DNA of 63,699 nt, filler included, from Octopus bimaculoides (GCF_001194135.2; 5 parts of 4 records of this genome joined end to end with filler, not necessarily neighbours in it), one strand, 5' to 3'; positions 1-11,142 are shown, counted from the first letter of the whole stretch. The notes: a model not told the origin generated them from the sequence alone. Program-made: numbers and translations.

Positions 1-263
1 TACCCTGCTATGTATAATCAGGGCAGTGCAAAAAGTTGTTTTGCACAAGCATTTCTATAGCCAATTAGACGGACGAAATTTACGTACGCTTAATAATGTT
101 ACGCAAAACAGCCTTCAGACTTTCCCTATTAATTTCATCATCTTTTGAATTATGAACATATTTACATCATAAGGCTTTCTTTTTTAGTTGATTTTCACCT
201 ACCAAGACTTATCGTAGATGGCGTAATAAGTCACACCCGGACAAGGTCGGGTTATACTGCTAG
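1..263 (+). mobile_element. Non-autonomous Helitron 3' end
   Basis: GC hairpin CCCGGAC-AAG-GTCGGG (236-251), then 8 nt, then CTAG (260-263) and T: the canonical Helitron 3' terminus. The 5' end lies outside the window or is not recognisable. Confidence 0.6.
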
Positions 264-274
264 TATATATATAG

Positions 275-470
275 TTCAGAAATTCGGACTCAGAAACACG
301 GCTTCAACTTGATTTCACAAACTTGGATTCGTAACTCTGGACTCACAAATTTTGGTTTCACCAAGATTGGCTTCACACAAAACCTGGCCTCAAAAATTTG
401 GTTTTGAAAAAACATGGATTTCATAAAATCTGGCTTCACAAATTCGGTTTTCGATCCTTGAATTTCGAAC
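275..470. repeat. Degenerate ~15-bp minisatellite (consensus near TTGGCTTCACAAAA)
   Basis: About 11 diverged units, e.g. ttgatttcacaaa, ctggactcacaaa, ttggcttcacacaaaa, ctggcctcaaaaa, ctggcttcacaaa. Confidence 0.55.
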
Positions 471-982
471 CTTGGACCTAAACATAAATAAATCCTATGT
501 CAAAGTAACCATATAAACTAAAAGCTCATGTCACAAAACGGCTGCCAGACTACCTCAATAATTATAGTAAAAAAAATTAAATAGTCAAACAAAAAAATCT
601 AGTTTGCTTTAAATTCACACAAAACTGTTTCATACAAGCATACTGTGTAATTCATATACCCATTAGCTATTTATACAAATGTTAATATTTATCTTAACAG
701 AAAATAGCTAGAAAAATTACTACACCACCTGCCACAAATGCAGGTTTCAAAATTGACATAGATATTATAACATAATATGACTTAAGAGACTTTTTGTACT
801 CATCCAAATGTGACACAGAAATTATTTTATAACTGACAAGCAAAAAGTTCTGGCGAATTCCTGGAGCATAAAATAATTCCATAAATGCCAAATACAAAGC
901 ACAAAGTGCATAAACTAAACAGGCAATCATAGCTTCCAGAATCCCATTGAACCTTCTCTCACAGAAAAAAAAACTGTCACAA

Positions 983-2973
983 TGATTCTTTATTTTGGCA
1001 CTACGGCCATAACACAGAGAGGACAGCACAAGGACAGACAAAACACCACAGTGGGGACAAGAAACACGGAACGAACGAATGAAGGATGGATAATAACAAT
1101 GAGGATGAAATGGCTTGCCTGCTCCCCACTCGCAGGCAGCATCATTTAAATNNNNNNNNNNNNNNNNNNNNNNNNNNNNNNNNNNNNNNNNNNNNNNNNN
1201 NNNNNNNNNNNNNNNNNNNNNNNNNNNNNNNNNNNNNNNNNNNNNNNNNNNNNNNNNNNNNNNNNNNNNNNNNNNNNNNNNNNNNNNNNNNNNNNNNNNN
1301 NNNNNNNNNNNNNNNNNNNNNNNNNNNNNNNNNNNNNNNNNNNNNNNNNNNNNNNNNNNNNNNNNNNNNNNNNNNNNNNNNNNNNNNNNNNNNNNNNNNN
1401 NNNNNATAAATGAGTTTTTTTCCATCTTTTTTTACCTTTTTGCATCTGTTTTTACAGTCATTTAAAGTTTTAAAATTTTACTCACCTATTTTTACCATTT
1501 TATGTACGGCAAGAAGTCGTCACATTCTACTACTGGCGGCAAGACGTCGAACTCGACGCGTACTCCCGTTGGGTCTATCTTCTTTCCGAACAGTTCTCGT
1601 AGTTTTTCACATCTCTCGTCGTCAGTAACAATTGCTTTGGTGCTCTCTGGATAGTATTCCGTCGTTAGTTTCACTCTTATCACTGATTTCATTTTTGTGA
1701 TGTTCTTCTCTATCTCTGTACTTTTCGCATATGCTACCATATGCCATTTATGTTTTGTTTCTTTTTTATTTGTTTTTTTCTGTAGTCCCACTTGTTTTTC
1801 CTTGTTGGCTTCCTTTGATGTTGTTGGTATCTTGTGTTGTGCTTCTTTTTCTCCCCTTTCTTTTCTTTAGTGGACTCTTTGGCGGTGAGTCCACGTCTTC
1901 TTTCCTTTTCTTCTTCCTATTCACCACCGTTTACTCCTCCTCCACCTTCTCTGGACACTTCTCACATACTGGGTTTGTCGCTTTGGCATTTTGCTCCTGC
2001 TCCTCACTCTGCTGCTTCTGTTCCCCTACAACTTCGTCGTGTTTCTGGGGACACCTTGCTTTCATGTGTCCCCTTATTCCACAATGGTAACAGGTTGGAA
2101 GTCTTCCCTCCACCACTACCCTCACATCTTCCGGCAGTTTCACCTCCTCTGCTATCTTATGCAAGTCTTGTAAACTGACTTGGATGGCCGCTGCAAGGCC
2201 GTATCCCCAATAGTTTACTTCTTTCGTCCTTGTCAGTTTCAACACCTTCACGTCCTCCTCCATATTATACAGGATGGCTGCCACCAGCCACGCCTCCTCA
2301 ATCTCCGGGGGTACTCTGCCAATACTTATCCTGGCCACACGTTTGCCACAGTAAGTCGGCAGAAGTACCCACTCTGGCGTCCTTAGCTTCTTGTTCACTA
2401 ATGAACCTTACCTCCACTGTGCCGTATTTCCTCCGTCTCGTGTAAAATGTGAGGCTTTTCACCTCCTTTAGGCATTCCTCTATAGCCTCCACCATGGCTA
2501 TTTCTATTTTTTCAATGTCGTGGACAGCGTTCTATACATCACTGTCGTTTCATCACGCTTGCTGTTAAATTTTCTGACAGTGTCAGCTTTAGACTAGTTC
2601 CATCCTTCTGTATGAGTCTGTTGAACTCCTTCAACTTCTTCTGGTCCATCTTTATCTCTCGTACCTGCAACACGTCAGCTGTCAAACTATTTCCACTGGC
2701 TGAAGCATAGCTGCCGGCTGGAACTGGTTCGCTCTCCATTCTTCCTTTTTTCTCTACTTCATCCATAAATAGGGAAGAAAACAAAATATAATTTCTCAGG
2801 CAAAAAAATAGCAACTTATTAATTCAACAATGAGGTTCAACAATTAGGTTCACCCTTACGGGAGACCTTCAACAATTAACAATGTGACTTACGTCTAACA
2901 GGGATCAATAATGATTAACGCGAAAAATCCCCCCAAAAAACGAACTCTCAACCACTGCTAGTAAGACGAACTG
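983..2973 (-). mobile_element. Unit A: ORF1(gag)-only non-LTR-like element, Tx1/L1-type ORF1
   Basis: Decayed ORF 2766->1492, then 3' hairpin (1108-1147) and AATAAA (989-994). Bounded by the 14-bp direct repeat AAAAACTGTCACAA (969-982, 2974-2987). An N gap (1152-1406) lies in the 3' UTR. Confidence 0.7.
1492..2766 (-). pseudogene. Gag/ORF1-like protein of unit A (frameshifts, one internal stop)
   Basis: Joined ORF-track pieces: MDEVEKK..GSYAS.., FYTRRRKYGTVEVRF, LLPTYCGKRVARISIGRVP, VVVEGRLPT-CYHCGIRGHMKARC (CX2CX4HX4C), a K/E-rich linker, then KWHMVAYAKS..LPPVV. Confidence 0.75.
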
Positions 2974-2987
2974 AAAAACTGTCACAA

Positions 2988-4310
2988 AAAACTGGGTACA
3001 ATTATCTCTGCTTATAAAGGTTTGGTAAGGTCTAGCCAATTTGTTTAAAGTGTCACAGTTTGGCTATTAACACCTAGCTTCTCCCATTTTGACAATGGAC
3101 TTCATCCTGACCTCCTTACATTGCAGTATGAAAAACTGATTACCTGTTTAACTTAACATTATACTTTATAATTTCCTAACAGTCTGCATGTCTGTGTGTT
3201 TATGAGTCTGTGGTTCTGAGTGTTTATGTGCTTGCAAGTCTTTGTTTTTGCTTGGTAATGAATTCTTATCTGTAGCATTTTTCACTGGTGATCCTACTGG
3301 CGAACTTTTCCTGCTTATCGTTGTAGGTTGGTTTACTTCTTCCTTGGCTTTGTATTTTTTCTGTTCCCTTATCGTCAGTGATATCCTCCTCTCTCTTTTT
3401 CTTGATTTTACTACCACAAAATCACTTTCTTGTTCTGTTATCAGATTCTGCTGTTTTTCCACCATTATATTCTCCTGAATTCTCCCCTCTGCGATTTCCA
3501 TTACTGCTCTAGGGCAACTCTTTCTTAAGTGGTCCCCCCGCTTTCGCCACATTCGTGATACTTTGGGAGCCTCCCCATCAACATTATCTCCAGCTTTTCT
3601 TCATTTGGTCGCTATAAAGTTTCAGGTATTCCGTCATAATACTTTTGACTTACTGTACAAATTACCTCTATTCTGTAACCCCCCCCACACTTCACTTGTT
3701 GGCTGTTTATCATGCCCATCTTCCACTCTTCGCCGTTTCTCTCCTTATCTCCGAAAAAAAAAATCAATGCTATTATCCACTCTGGTTCTATGCACAGTGG
3801 GATTCTTCCCACCCTAATTCTAACAATTCGTTTATCCAAACAGTTTGGCGGCAATGTTCATTTCTCTCCCAGTATCATCCTCTTGGAGGATTTTTCCGCC
3901 TCCTCCTCTGATACAACGGTTACCACTATAGACGCATATCTCTTTCCTCTCGTAAAGAACGCTATGCTGTCTCCTATGTGTCTTTCCAAAATTTCTTCTA
4001 TTTCTTTCTGTGGCGTGTTTTCAATTCTGTTTTTATTTGAAGATGTTCTGAATATTACCGTCTTCTTTTCCATTTTCCCTTTTTCCTTCTCTGGCAGGGT
4101 CAGTTTTATACTTGATCCCTCCTTCTTTACCATATTACTATATTTCGCTATCAGCTCTCTGTTGCACTGCAACATCTGTTTCAGCACACTCGGGTCAACG
4201 GGTACTCGACCTCCCGTAGCTTCGGCATAGCTTCCCATTCTTCACAATTATTCACTACCACCAAACAATGGTGGTTTCGCAACACACAAAAACACAACCG
4301 TTCACACCAA
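2988..4310 (-). mobile_element. Unit B: divergent ORF1-only relative
   Basis: Decayed ORF 4238->3166: MGSYAEATG.., FFTRGKRYASIVV, RIVRIRVGRIP, MLMGRLPK-YHECGESG/DHLRKSC (degenerate knuckle). The shared C-terminal domain and 3' hairpin were not found. Confidence 0.6.
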
Positions 4311-6057
4311 AAATGACGATGAAATGGCTGCATTAGGCCCCACTCTCAAGCAGTACCATTTAACAGTTAAATTATACAAATTAACAAATCTTTCTTACAC
4401 TCTTTTTTCTCTTTTAGCATCGTTTTTTAAAAAAAATTTGAAAGTCTATTTTTCCTTCTTTAAAAAAAAAAAAATTTACTTACTTTACTCTTTTTAACAG
4501 TTCATTAAGGATTTCAAATTTTCATACACCACGACCAATGGTAATTCGTCGAATTCAATTTCGACCCCTAAAGGGTCTATACTACTTCCGAACAGTTCTC
4601 TCAGTTTCTCGTATCTCTCCTTGTTAATGATTATTTCCTTGGTATGTTCTGTATATTTCTCCGGTGGTAACCTTATTCTTACGATCGATTTGAACTTCGT
4701 GATCTTTCGCTCGATTGCCATACTTTTGGCGTATGTAACCATATGCCATTTGTTTTCCATTTAACATCCGTTTGCTTCATCGACGGACCTGGGCTATCCG
4801 AGCAAGTCTTTCCACTTGGCTCCTCCCTTGGTGCACCGAAATAAACGTCAATGTTTGAGCTCTCCACGTCATGTTGCAATGATGTTTCTGCTTCCACTCT
4901 ACCTTCTATTGGTGATTCTGCTGGTGTCTCGAACCACTTCCTTTTCTCCTCCATCCTGTCCTGGCTCTCTAATAGAGAGCTTACCCGCTCTTTCCTTTTT
5001 CTCCTATTCATGACAGTGAATGATTCCCCCACTCTATTTTTCTCTCCTTCCGGCACTACCACTTCGGTGCTCTGTTTTTCACTTTTCTACTCTTCCTCTT
5101 CGTTTTCTTTCTGGGGCACCTTGCTTTCAAGTGCTCCTTTTGGCCACATAAGAAATATGTTGGTGGTCTTCCTTCCACTACCACTCTTAGTCTGACATCT
5201 TCTGGGAGAATGATCTCCTCTGTGATCTCGTACTGGTCGTTAAGGCTCACTTGTATAGCCATCTCGATGCCATACCCCCAACAATTAATCTTTTTGGTTC
5301 TCGTAATCTTCAAGATTTTCACTTCATCTTCCATTCTGTGCATGACTACTTCCACCAACCATGCTGCCTTAATCTCGGTGGGTACTCTGCCAATTCTTAC
5401 TCTGGCGACGCGCTTGCCACAGTAAGTCGGCAGAAGTACCCATTCCGGTGTCCTTATCGGCACAAAGGAGTGGTTTATTGCGTCTTCTTCGTTGCTAAAC
5501 CTTTTTCCCACTGTACCGTATTTCCTTCCACGCGTATAAAATGTGGTAAGCTTCTTTACCTTCTCGAGGCACTCCTCTATTGCCTCTATTGGGGCAACCT
5601 CTATTGCCTCTATTGGGGCAACCTCTATCTTTTTTAGAGGACGTGGATAACGTTCTGTACACCACTGTCCTTTTCGCCACATTTTTAGTCAATTCTTCCG
5701 GTTGAGTCGGCCTCAAACTGGCTCCTTCTCTTTCTATTAAATTTACTGCCCTCCTTCCACTATATGGGCTCTATCTTAATTTCTTTTACTTCCAGGGCAT
5801 TGGTAGATACTCCTCATGCGTAACTTCCAGTTGGTTCATTTTCCATCTCTCCTCTCTTCTCCACCTCACCCATAATTGGGGAAGAAAACAAATATGAAAA
5901 CAGTGAAAAACAGCAACAATAGTTCAAAATTCAACAAATTAAACAGATCCTAAGTTCACCCACACGGGGAGACCTTCGACAAGCATACAACAACAGACGA
6001 CTTCAGAATCACAAGTGATCTAACCCAAAATACCACCAACGCGAAAAAACAGGTCGG
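4311..6057 (-). mobile_element. Unit C: ORF1-only element, closest to unit A
   Basis: Decayed ORF 5873->4494 with LLPTYCGKRVARVRIGRVP, VVVEGRPPT-YFLCGQKEHLKARC and MENKWHMVTYAKS..LPLVV. In-frame 24-bp duplication (IEVAPIEA x2). 5' leader shares TTTTTCGCGTT and GAAGGTCTCCC..GGGTGAAC with unit A. 3' hairpin at 4322-4361. Confidence 0.7.
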
Positions 6058-7815
6058 TGTTTCTTTATTTGCTTATTCAAGCGTACATAAAGTGGACGAA
6101 CAAGGACAGACAAGACAGCACAAGTGGGGACAAATAACATAAAATAATGAATGATATGATAATTACACAATGAAGCTACTACTCGACCCCACTTCCAAGA
6201 AGTACCATTTAAATCTATTTTGTTAACTTGTTAACTAAATTATTTCGGCTCAGTATACAGTGGATTTAATTTTTCAAAGTCTACCACAGGTGGCAGAGGT
6301 CCAAAGTAGTTTATTTCTGTTCTCAATGGGTTTATCGCCTCTCCGAAGCTTGCTTTCAATTTTTTGTAACACTTTCTATCAATAAACATACATTTCCTAC
6401 CTGGAACTTGAACTGTCTCTTCTCTAACTCTGACAACTTTGTTAATTTTGTTAATTTTTTCTTCAATCGCAGGATTTGTCCAATATGTTATAAATCCTGT
6501 TGATATTTTGTATTGTTTTTCTTGCGGGTCTATCTGTGTAATCAGTTGATGTATTTATACCGTTTGAGTTCGAGTTTTTTCATGTATGTGAAGTGCCTGT
6601 GATTTCCTGTGGGTGTTCTGTTATTGGGGTTACTGTTCTGTATGTACCTGTATGTATGCGTTTGTTTGGGGATTGAGGCCTGTTTAGTGTCATTGTATTT
6701 GTTAGTTGCTGTGTAGGCATTTGTGTATCACTGTGTTCTTTCCTTCTCTTTTTCTTAGAGTTCTTTGGGGGTGAGTAGTTCTTTGTTACCTTTTTCTTTC
6801 TATTTTGTATTTCATACACTTCATTTAGACTTGATTCTTCCATGTCTTCCTCCGGCTTCTCACTGCTACTGATTTCTTCCTTTCTCACTTCTGATGGTGC
6901 TTGTTTTTGGAGGAGGGGACAGCTCACCTTAATGTGCCCATTCTCCCCGCAGTGGGAGGGTCTCCCCCTCCACTACTACCCGCAGTCTTACATCCGCCGG
7001 GAGTTCAACCTCCTCTGTTATCTTTTGAAGGTCCCTGATGGTGGCCTGGATTATGACCTCGAGGCCCTAACCCCATCAATTTAATTGTTCTGTGCGGCTC
7101 ACTTGTAGAACCTGCGGGTCATCCTCCATGTTCATCATAATGGCTGCCAGCAACCACATTTCTTTAATTTCCGGGGGGAAGCCCTGCCAATTCTTATTCT
7201 TGTTACTCTCTTCCCAAGATAAGTTGGTAGCAGTGCCTACTTCGACTTCAAGGCTTCCGTGGAGGTCATTACTGCTTCTTCCATTGACGAGAAGTGCACT
7301 TCCACCGTTCCAAATTTCCTGCCTCCACAAAAAAAAAATCGATTTTATCGCTCAACTTATTCAAGCATTCTTCAACATCTCCTGCCGTTTCTATCTTCTT
7401 AGTTAGCAGTGACAGAGTTCTGTACACCACTGTCATTAGTTCCTTGTTTGTTGTCACATCCACTGGTGGCGTCAGTTTTAACTTTGCGCCCTCTCTCCTA
7501 AATAAATCCAGGCTGTTCTCCACTGCCTCCAAATTCACAGTCACTTCTGTTACTTCCAGCTTTCTTACAAACTCCGCAACACTTTCACATTTCGCTACTG
7601 CTGCGTAGCTGCCAGCACGCGCTTGCTTTATCTCCGTTGTAGCTTTTTCCTCACTAGGAGAGAAAAACCACAAAACAAAAGGAAACAATCCTTAAATTCA
7701 AAACCATCAGCAGGCACCCCGCTAGGGGGGAACCCCTAACACAGATTAACCATCCGCAACACAAAAATTTTACAAAACACCAGCCGAACGCACTTCAACA
7801 AAAACAACCCGGTGA
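6058..7815 (-). mobile_element. Unit D: ORF1-only element, 5' end abuts an N gap
   Basis: Decayed ORF ~7688->6240: AGSYAAVAK, TVVYRTLS, VRLRVVVEG/RPSHCGENGHIKVSC. Hand-translated C-terminus YWTNPAIEEKINKINKVVRVR..KLKASFGEAINP..LPPVVDFEK. 3' hairpin 6169-6209 and AATAAA 6064-6069. Confidence 0.7.
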
Positions 7816-8503
7816 NNNNNNNNNNNNNNNNNNNNNNNNNNNNNNNNNNNNNNNNNNNNNNNNNNNNNNNNNNNNNNNNNNNNNNNNNNNNNNNNNNNNN
7901 NNNNNNNNNNNNNNNNNNNNNNNNNNNNNNNNNNNNNNNNNNNNNNNNNNNNNNNNNNNNNNNNNNNNNNNNNNNNNNNNNNNNNNNNNNNNNNNNNNNN
8001 NNNNNNNNNNNNNNNNNNNNNNNNNNNNNNNNNNNNNNNNNNNNNNNNNNNNNNNNNNNNNNNNNNNNNNNNNNNNNNNNNNNNNNNNNNNNNNNNNNNN
8101 NNNNNNNNNNNNNNNNNNNNNNNNNNNNNNNNNNNNNNNNNNNNNNNNNNNNNNNNNNNNNNNNNNNNNNNNNNNNNNNNNNNNNNNNNNNNNNNNNNNN
8201 NNNNGTGGAAAGCTAAGAATTTTTCTGCAGCTAAGTTTTCTATTTTGTCAATGACTTACAAAGCCTATAATTAAGGACTTCTTTGCGGCTGAGGCCTTAG
8301 CAGTTTTTCACGCGAAAAACCTGACGGCTGTATCATCCCAACAACTTTTTGGCAGTTCTCATCATGTTTCACGAGACGTTACTTCATTCTTACATAGCAT
8401 CATCTACTTGCTGAAAATAGCAGTAAAATGCGCGGTTACACTTCTAGTAAGTACGTAACATTTCTTGATGCCTTCCTATTCTCACATTTCGAAATTTCCC
8501 CAA

Positions 8504-8549
8504 GACACCTGATGAAGGCTGGAGAGTATATCAGCCGAAATGTTGTATT
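8504..8549 (+). ncRNA. Minimal type-I hammerhead ribozyme motif (slightly degenerate)
   Basis: GACAC-CTGATGA-A-GGCTG..CAGCC-GAAA-TG-TT-GTATT. About 80 bp are near-identical to 56807-56879. Confidence 0.55.
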
Positions 8550-8599
8550 AACAACAAACAAAATGCCCAGTTCAGCATATTTCGTCATGTCTCCATTTC

Positions 8600-8950
8600 T
8601 CTCGGCCTGAGAATGAAGGAACTCTGACTTGTCTTCTATTGCACGGCACCTTTCGGTAACTCTTGTTCACGGCTCCGACTTCATTTTCCGGTTACCTTGC
8701 TTGATAGTGTCTTTCAGCAATAACACTCAACAGTACCTCTCTTCGACTAGACGCCCTGTTTCGACCGCCGCATCTGCTTCTGCAATCTTCGAACTGCATT
8801 CCATCTTTTGGCACCCTTTTCAATGAACACTTGTCTTCTACTGTGCCATTTTGGATTCCGGCATCTTCTTATCATGACGCTTGTAGAGTTATTCTTTGCT
8901 ATTTACCACGTTATTCACTAACATCTTAAAGTGGACTCTCTGTACACAAT
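8600..8950 (-). mobile_element. Decayed LINE ORF2 fragment (RTE-like inter-domain region)
   Basis: Hand translation RNPKWHSRRQVFIEKGAKRWNAVRRLQKQMRRSKQGV resembles the APE-RT linker of RTE/L2-type ORF2. Confidence 0.3.
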
Positions 8951-10224
8951 GAACTTTTTGCGTGTTTGTACGTTTGAAAGACTGGCTTTACATGTTTTTC
9001 GCATGTTTTCACTTTTCAGGACCCCCTTTTCACATTGTTCCTATTTTTGATTAAATATTTTGTTCACACATCTTTGACTGTCAAATATTTTTTGCTCAAC
9101 GTTCATACATGCATACACACATACATGTTTTCAGCCTCGTGCTATCCACTCTGACATATCAATACTGAGCGTTGAATTTTGCATTTGGTCCTGAAATGTT
9201 TATTTTGCTTTCCTTTTCTTCTGCTTCAGCAGATTTTGGACAATTATTTTTTCACTTGTTTTCAACTGTTTGTACACCTTTTTGTACCTTGGTACATTCA
9301 GCTACCTGTTATTTTTCTTCTGTTTTCTCTTTTACTACCGGCCTCTTTATGCGTATCGCACATTTGTCTACGACAAATGTTCTCGCAGGGGCGTAACTGT
9401 AACAGAAGTGATTTACACTGTCATTATGTGAGATGTTTTCGTTGCGAGTTGTTTAGGCTTAAATACCTGGATATCGGCTTCACATGCCTTTTCGTTCCAG
9501 CAGGTCACGTGACCTGGTGGTTAGCCGAACTTCTTGTTCGCATTGGTCAGTTTCCAGCCACCCAATCGCGTTGGCGCAACAGTTCGTTTTTCCTTAATCG
9601 GGAAATTAATCGCCAGCCCTGGGAGCCTCCTGATCTCTATAAGAACTGCAGTTCTCGAGTGCGCTATGCCTTTGGCACACGCCACTGACTACATGCAACT
9701 CTTCTCTGACAATGATGTATCTGACACCAGCCAGTCTCCACTTTCATCTCCACCAGACGCCTGCCTACATCGTTGCTGTATGACCACCACGCAACCAACA
9801 GACTAACGGCTGCCTCTACACACCACCAAACAGTGCGTCAACTTTGTCTACAACATCGATAGTCCAGCCTGGCCACGAAGTCTCTCACAACCTTGTTGTA
9901 ACCTGTTATATTAATTTATTTCATGTATGGCAATCATTGTATTTTATATCAGAAAATAAATCGTCGCTAACCAATTCATTTTCATCTCACGTATATCATT
10001 TTCACATTGCTCTTATTTACCATCTTTGTTATAACTCCTTCAAGAGTCATGTTAGGGTACCACCTCTGCGAGTTGCAGAATTACTTATTCACTTTTCACT
10101 GGGGTTAACATTCAGGTTGACCATCGGTGTCCAGAAAATAGGTACCAGTAATTTACTGTTTGAATAAATTTACGCTTTATTAAAATTTCTCGGTGTTGTG
10201 TCGTTATTTCGAACAGAAGTGGTC

Positions 10225-10400
10225 GTTCGACCTGCTAGAAATACGAGCTAAATCTCCCTTAAAGCACACCTTACTGTCTTTAAAAGGGATTTGTTGAATA
10301 AAGTGGTCTTGGATTTCTGGCATAATGGGCCGGCCACGGTTGGGATGTCTTTGATGTCTTTGATCGTAGGTCTGCTCGCTTTGCGTTGATAAACACAATA
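10225..10400 (+). repeat. Dispersed repeat family (CTGCTAGAAATAGCAGCYAAATCTCCC)
   Basis: The same motif recurs near 12315, 35205, 36225, 52130, 54730 and 61430 on both strands. Confidence 0.6.
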
Positions 10401-10524
10401 GCAACAATAACCCTTACTATCTATCATATTAAAGTAAATTCTATCATATTACGGTAAATTCCTGTGGGGTAAACAATCTGTCACGCTATGAAAATGGGAT
10501 GGTTAAGGTATGAAGTGCGAGAGA

Positions 10525-10555
<31 letters not shown>

Positions 10556-10671
10556 GGGGAGTGGGAGGGAGAGAGATTTAAATGAACGGTATCAACACGT
10601 GCATACATACACCCATATACGAATGCTATTGGCGCGCAGGCATACACCCTGACGGCAATTAGTTGTGTGTA

Positions 10672-10705
<34 letters not shown>

Positions 10706-10750
10706 GGGGGAGAGAAAGAGGGAGAGAGAGAGAGAGAAAGAGGGAGAGAG
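10525..10750. repeat. (GA)n and (GT)n microsatellites
   Basis: Direct inspection. Confidence 0.9.
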
Positions 10751-11142
10751 AAAAGAACTAAAAGAGGACTTTTTAGAAAAATATCGTTTATCTTCAGCTA
10801 GCAAATGCGTGAAATATTCCATTTCAGTAGTTTTAGTCATTTGCTAAATTTATTCGATTGAAAGATCGCTTTTGGGTGGGTAGGATCCCTGTTCATCATT
10901 GGTAAATTTTGCACGGTAGAAATTGAACTCTGTTCTGCAAGCTAAGGAACCATCAACCAGCTATTTACAATGGTCACCATCCTAATATGTCCTATCTAAC
11001 CTTTTTAAAAGCGTGATGCATGACAAGTAATTATTTTATCGATCTCGGAATATTGAAGATTCGAATTCGATTCTAACCAGATTTAGACTTTAAACGTTAA
11101 GAGTTGTAACTAAGTAGCGGGGAGTGGGATATAGTAGGTCAG

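Noticed and set aside
1098-1147. TGAGGA-T-GAAA / TGACGA-T-GAAA before the 3' hairpin as a hammerhead
   Set aside because: Lacks C3 and stem II, lies on the antisense strand, and is absent from the third copy.
1760-4770. Programmed frameshift or separate ORF before the KWHMV domain
   Set aside because: Shift position and direction differ between A and C and fall in A-rich runs, consistent with random indels in one ancestral ORF.
6169-6212. Resemblance of TTAAATGG..TTGGA..GGG to U2 snRNA (a known Tx1 target)
   Set aside because: Only about 8 nt match; the other two copies diverge and no flanking U2 sequence is present.
983-7815. Interpretation as an LTR retrotransposon array with shared LTRs
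   Set aside because: No TG..CA termini, no conserved PBS/PPT and no pol. Spacers between units are not the same repeated block.
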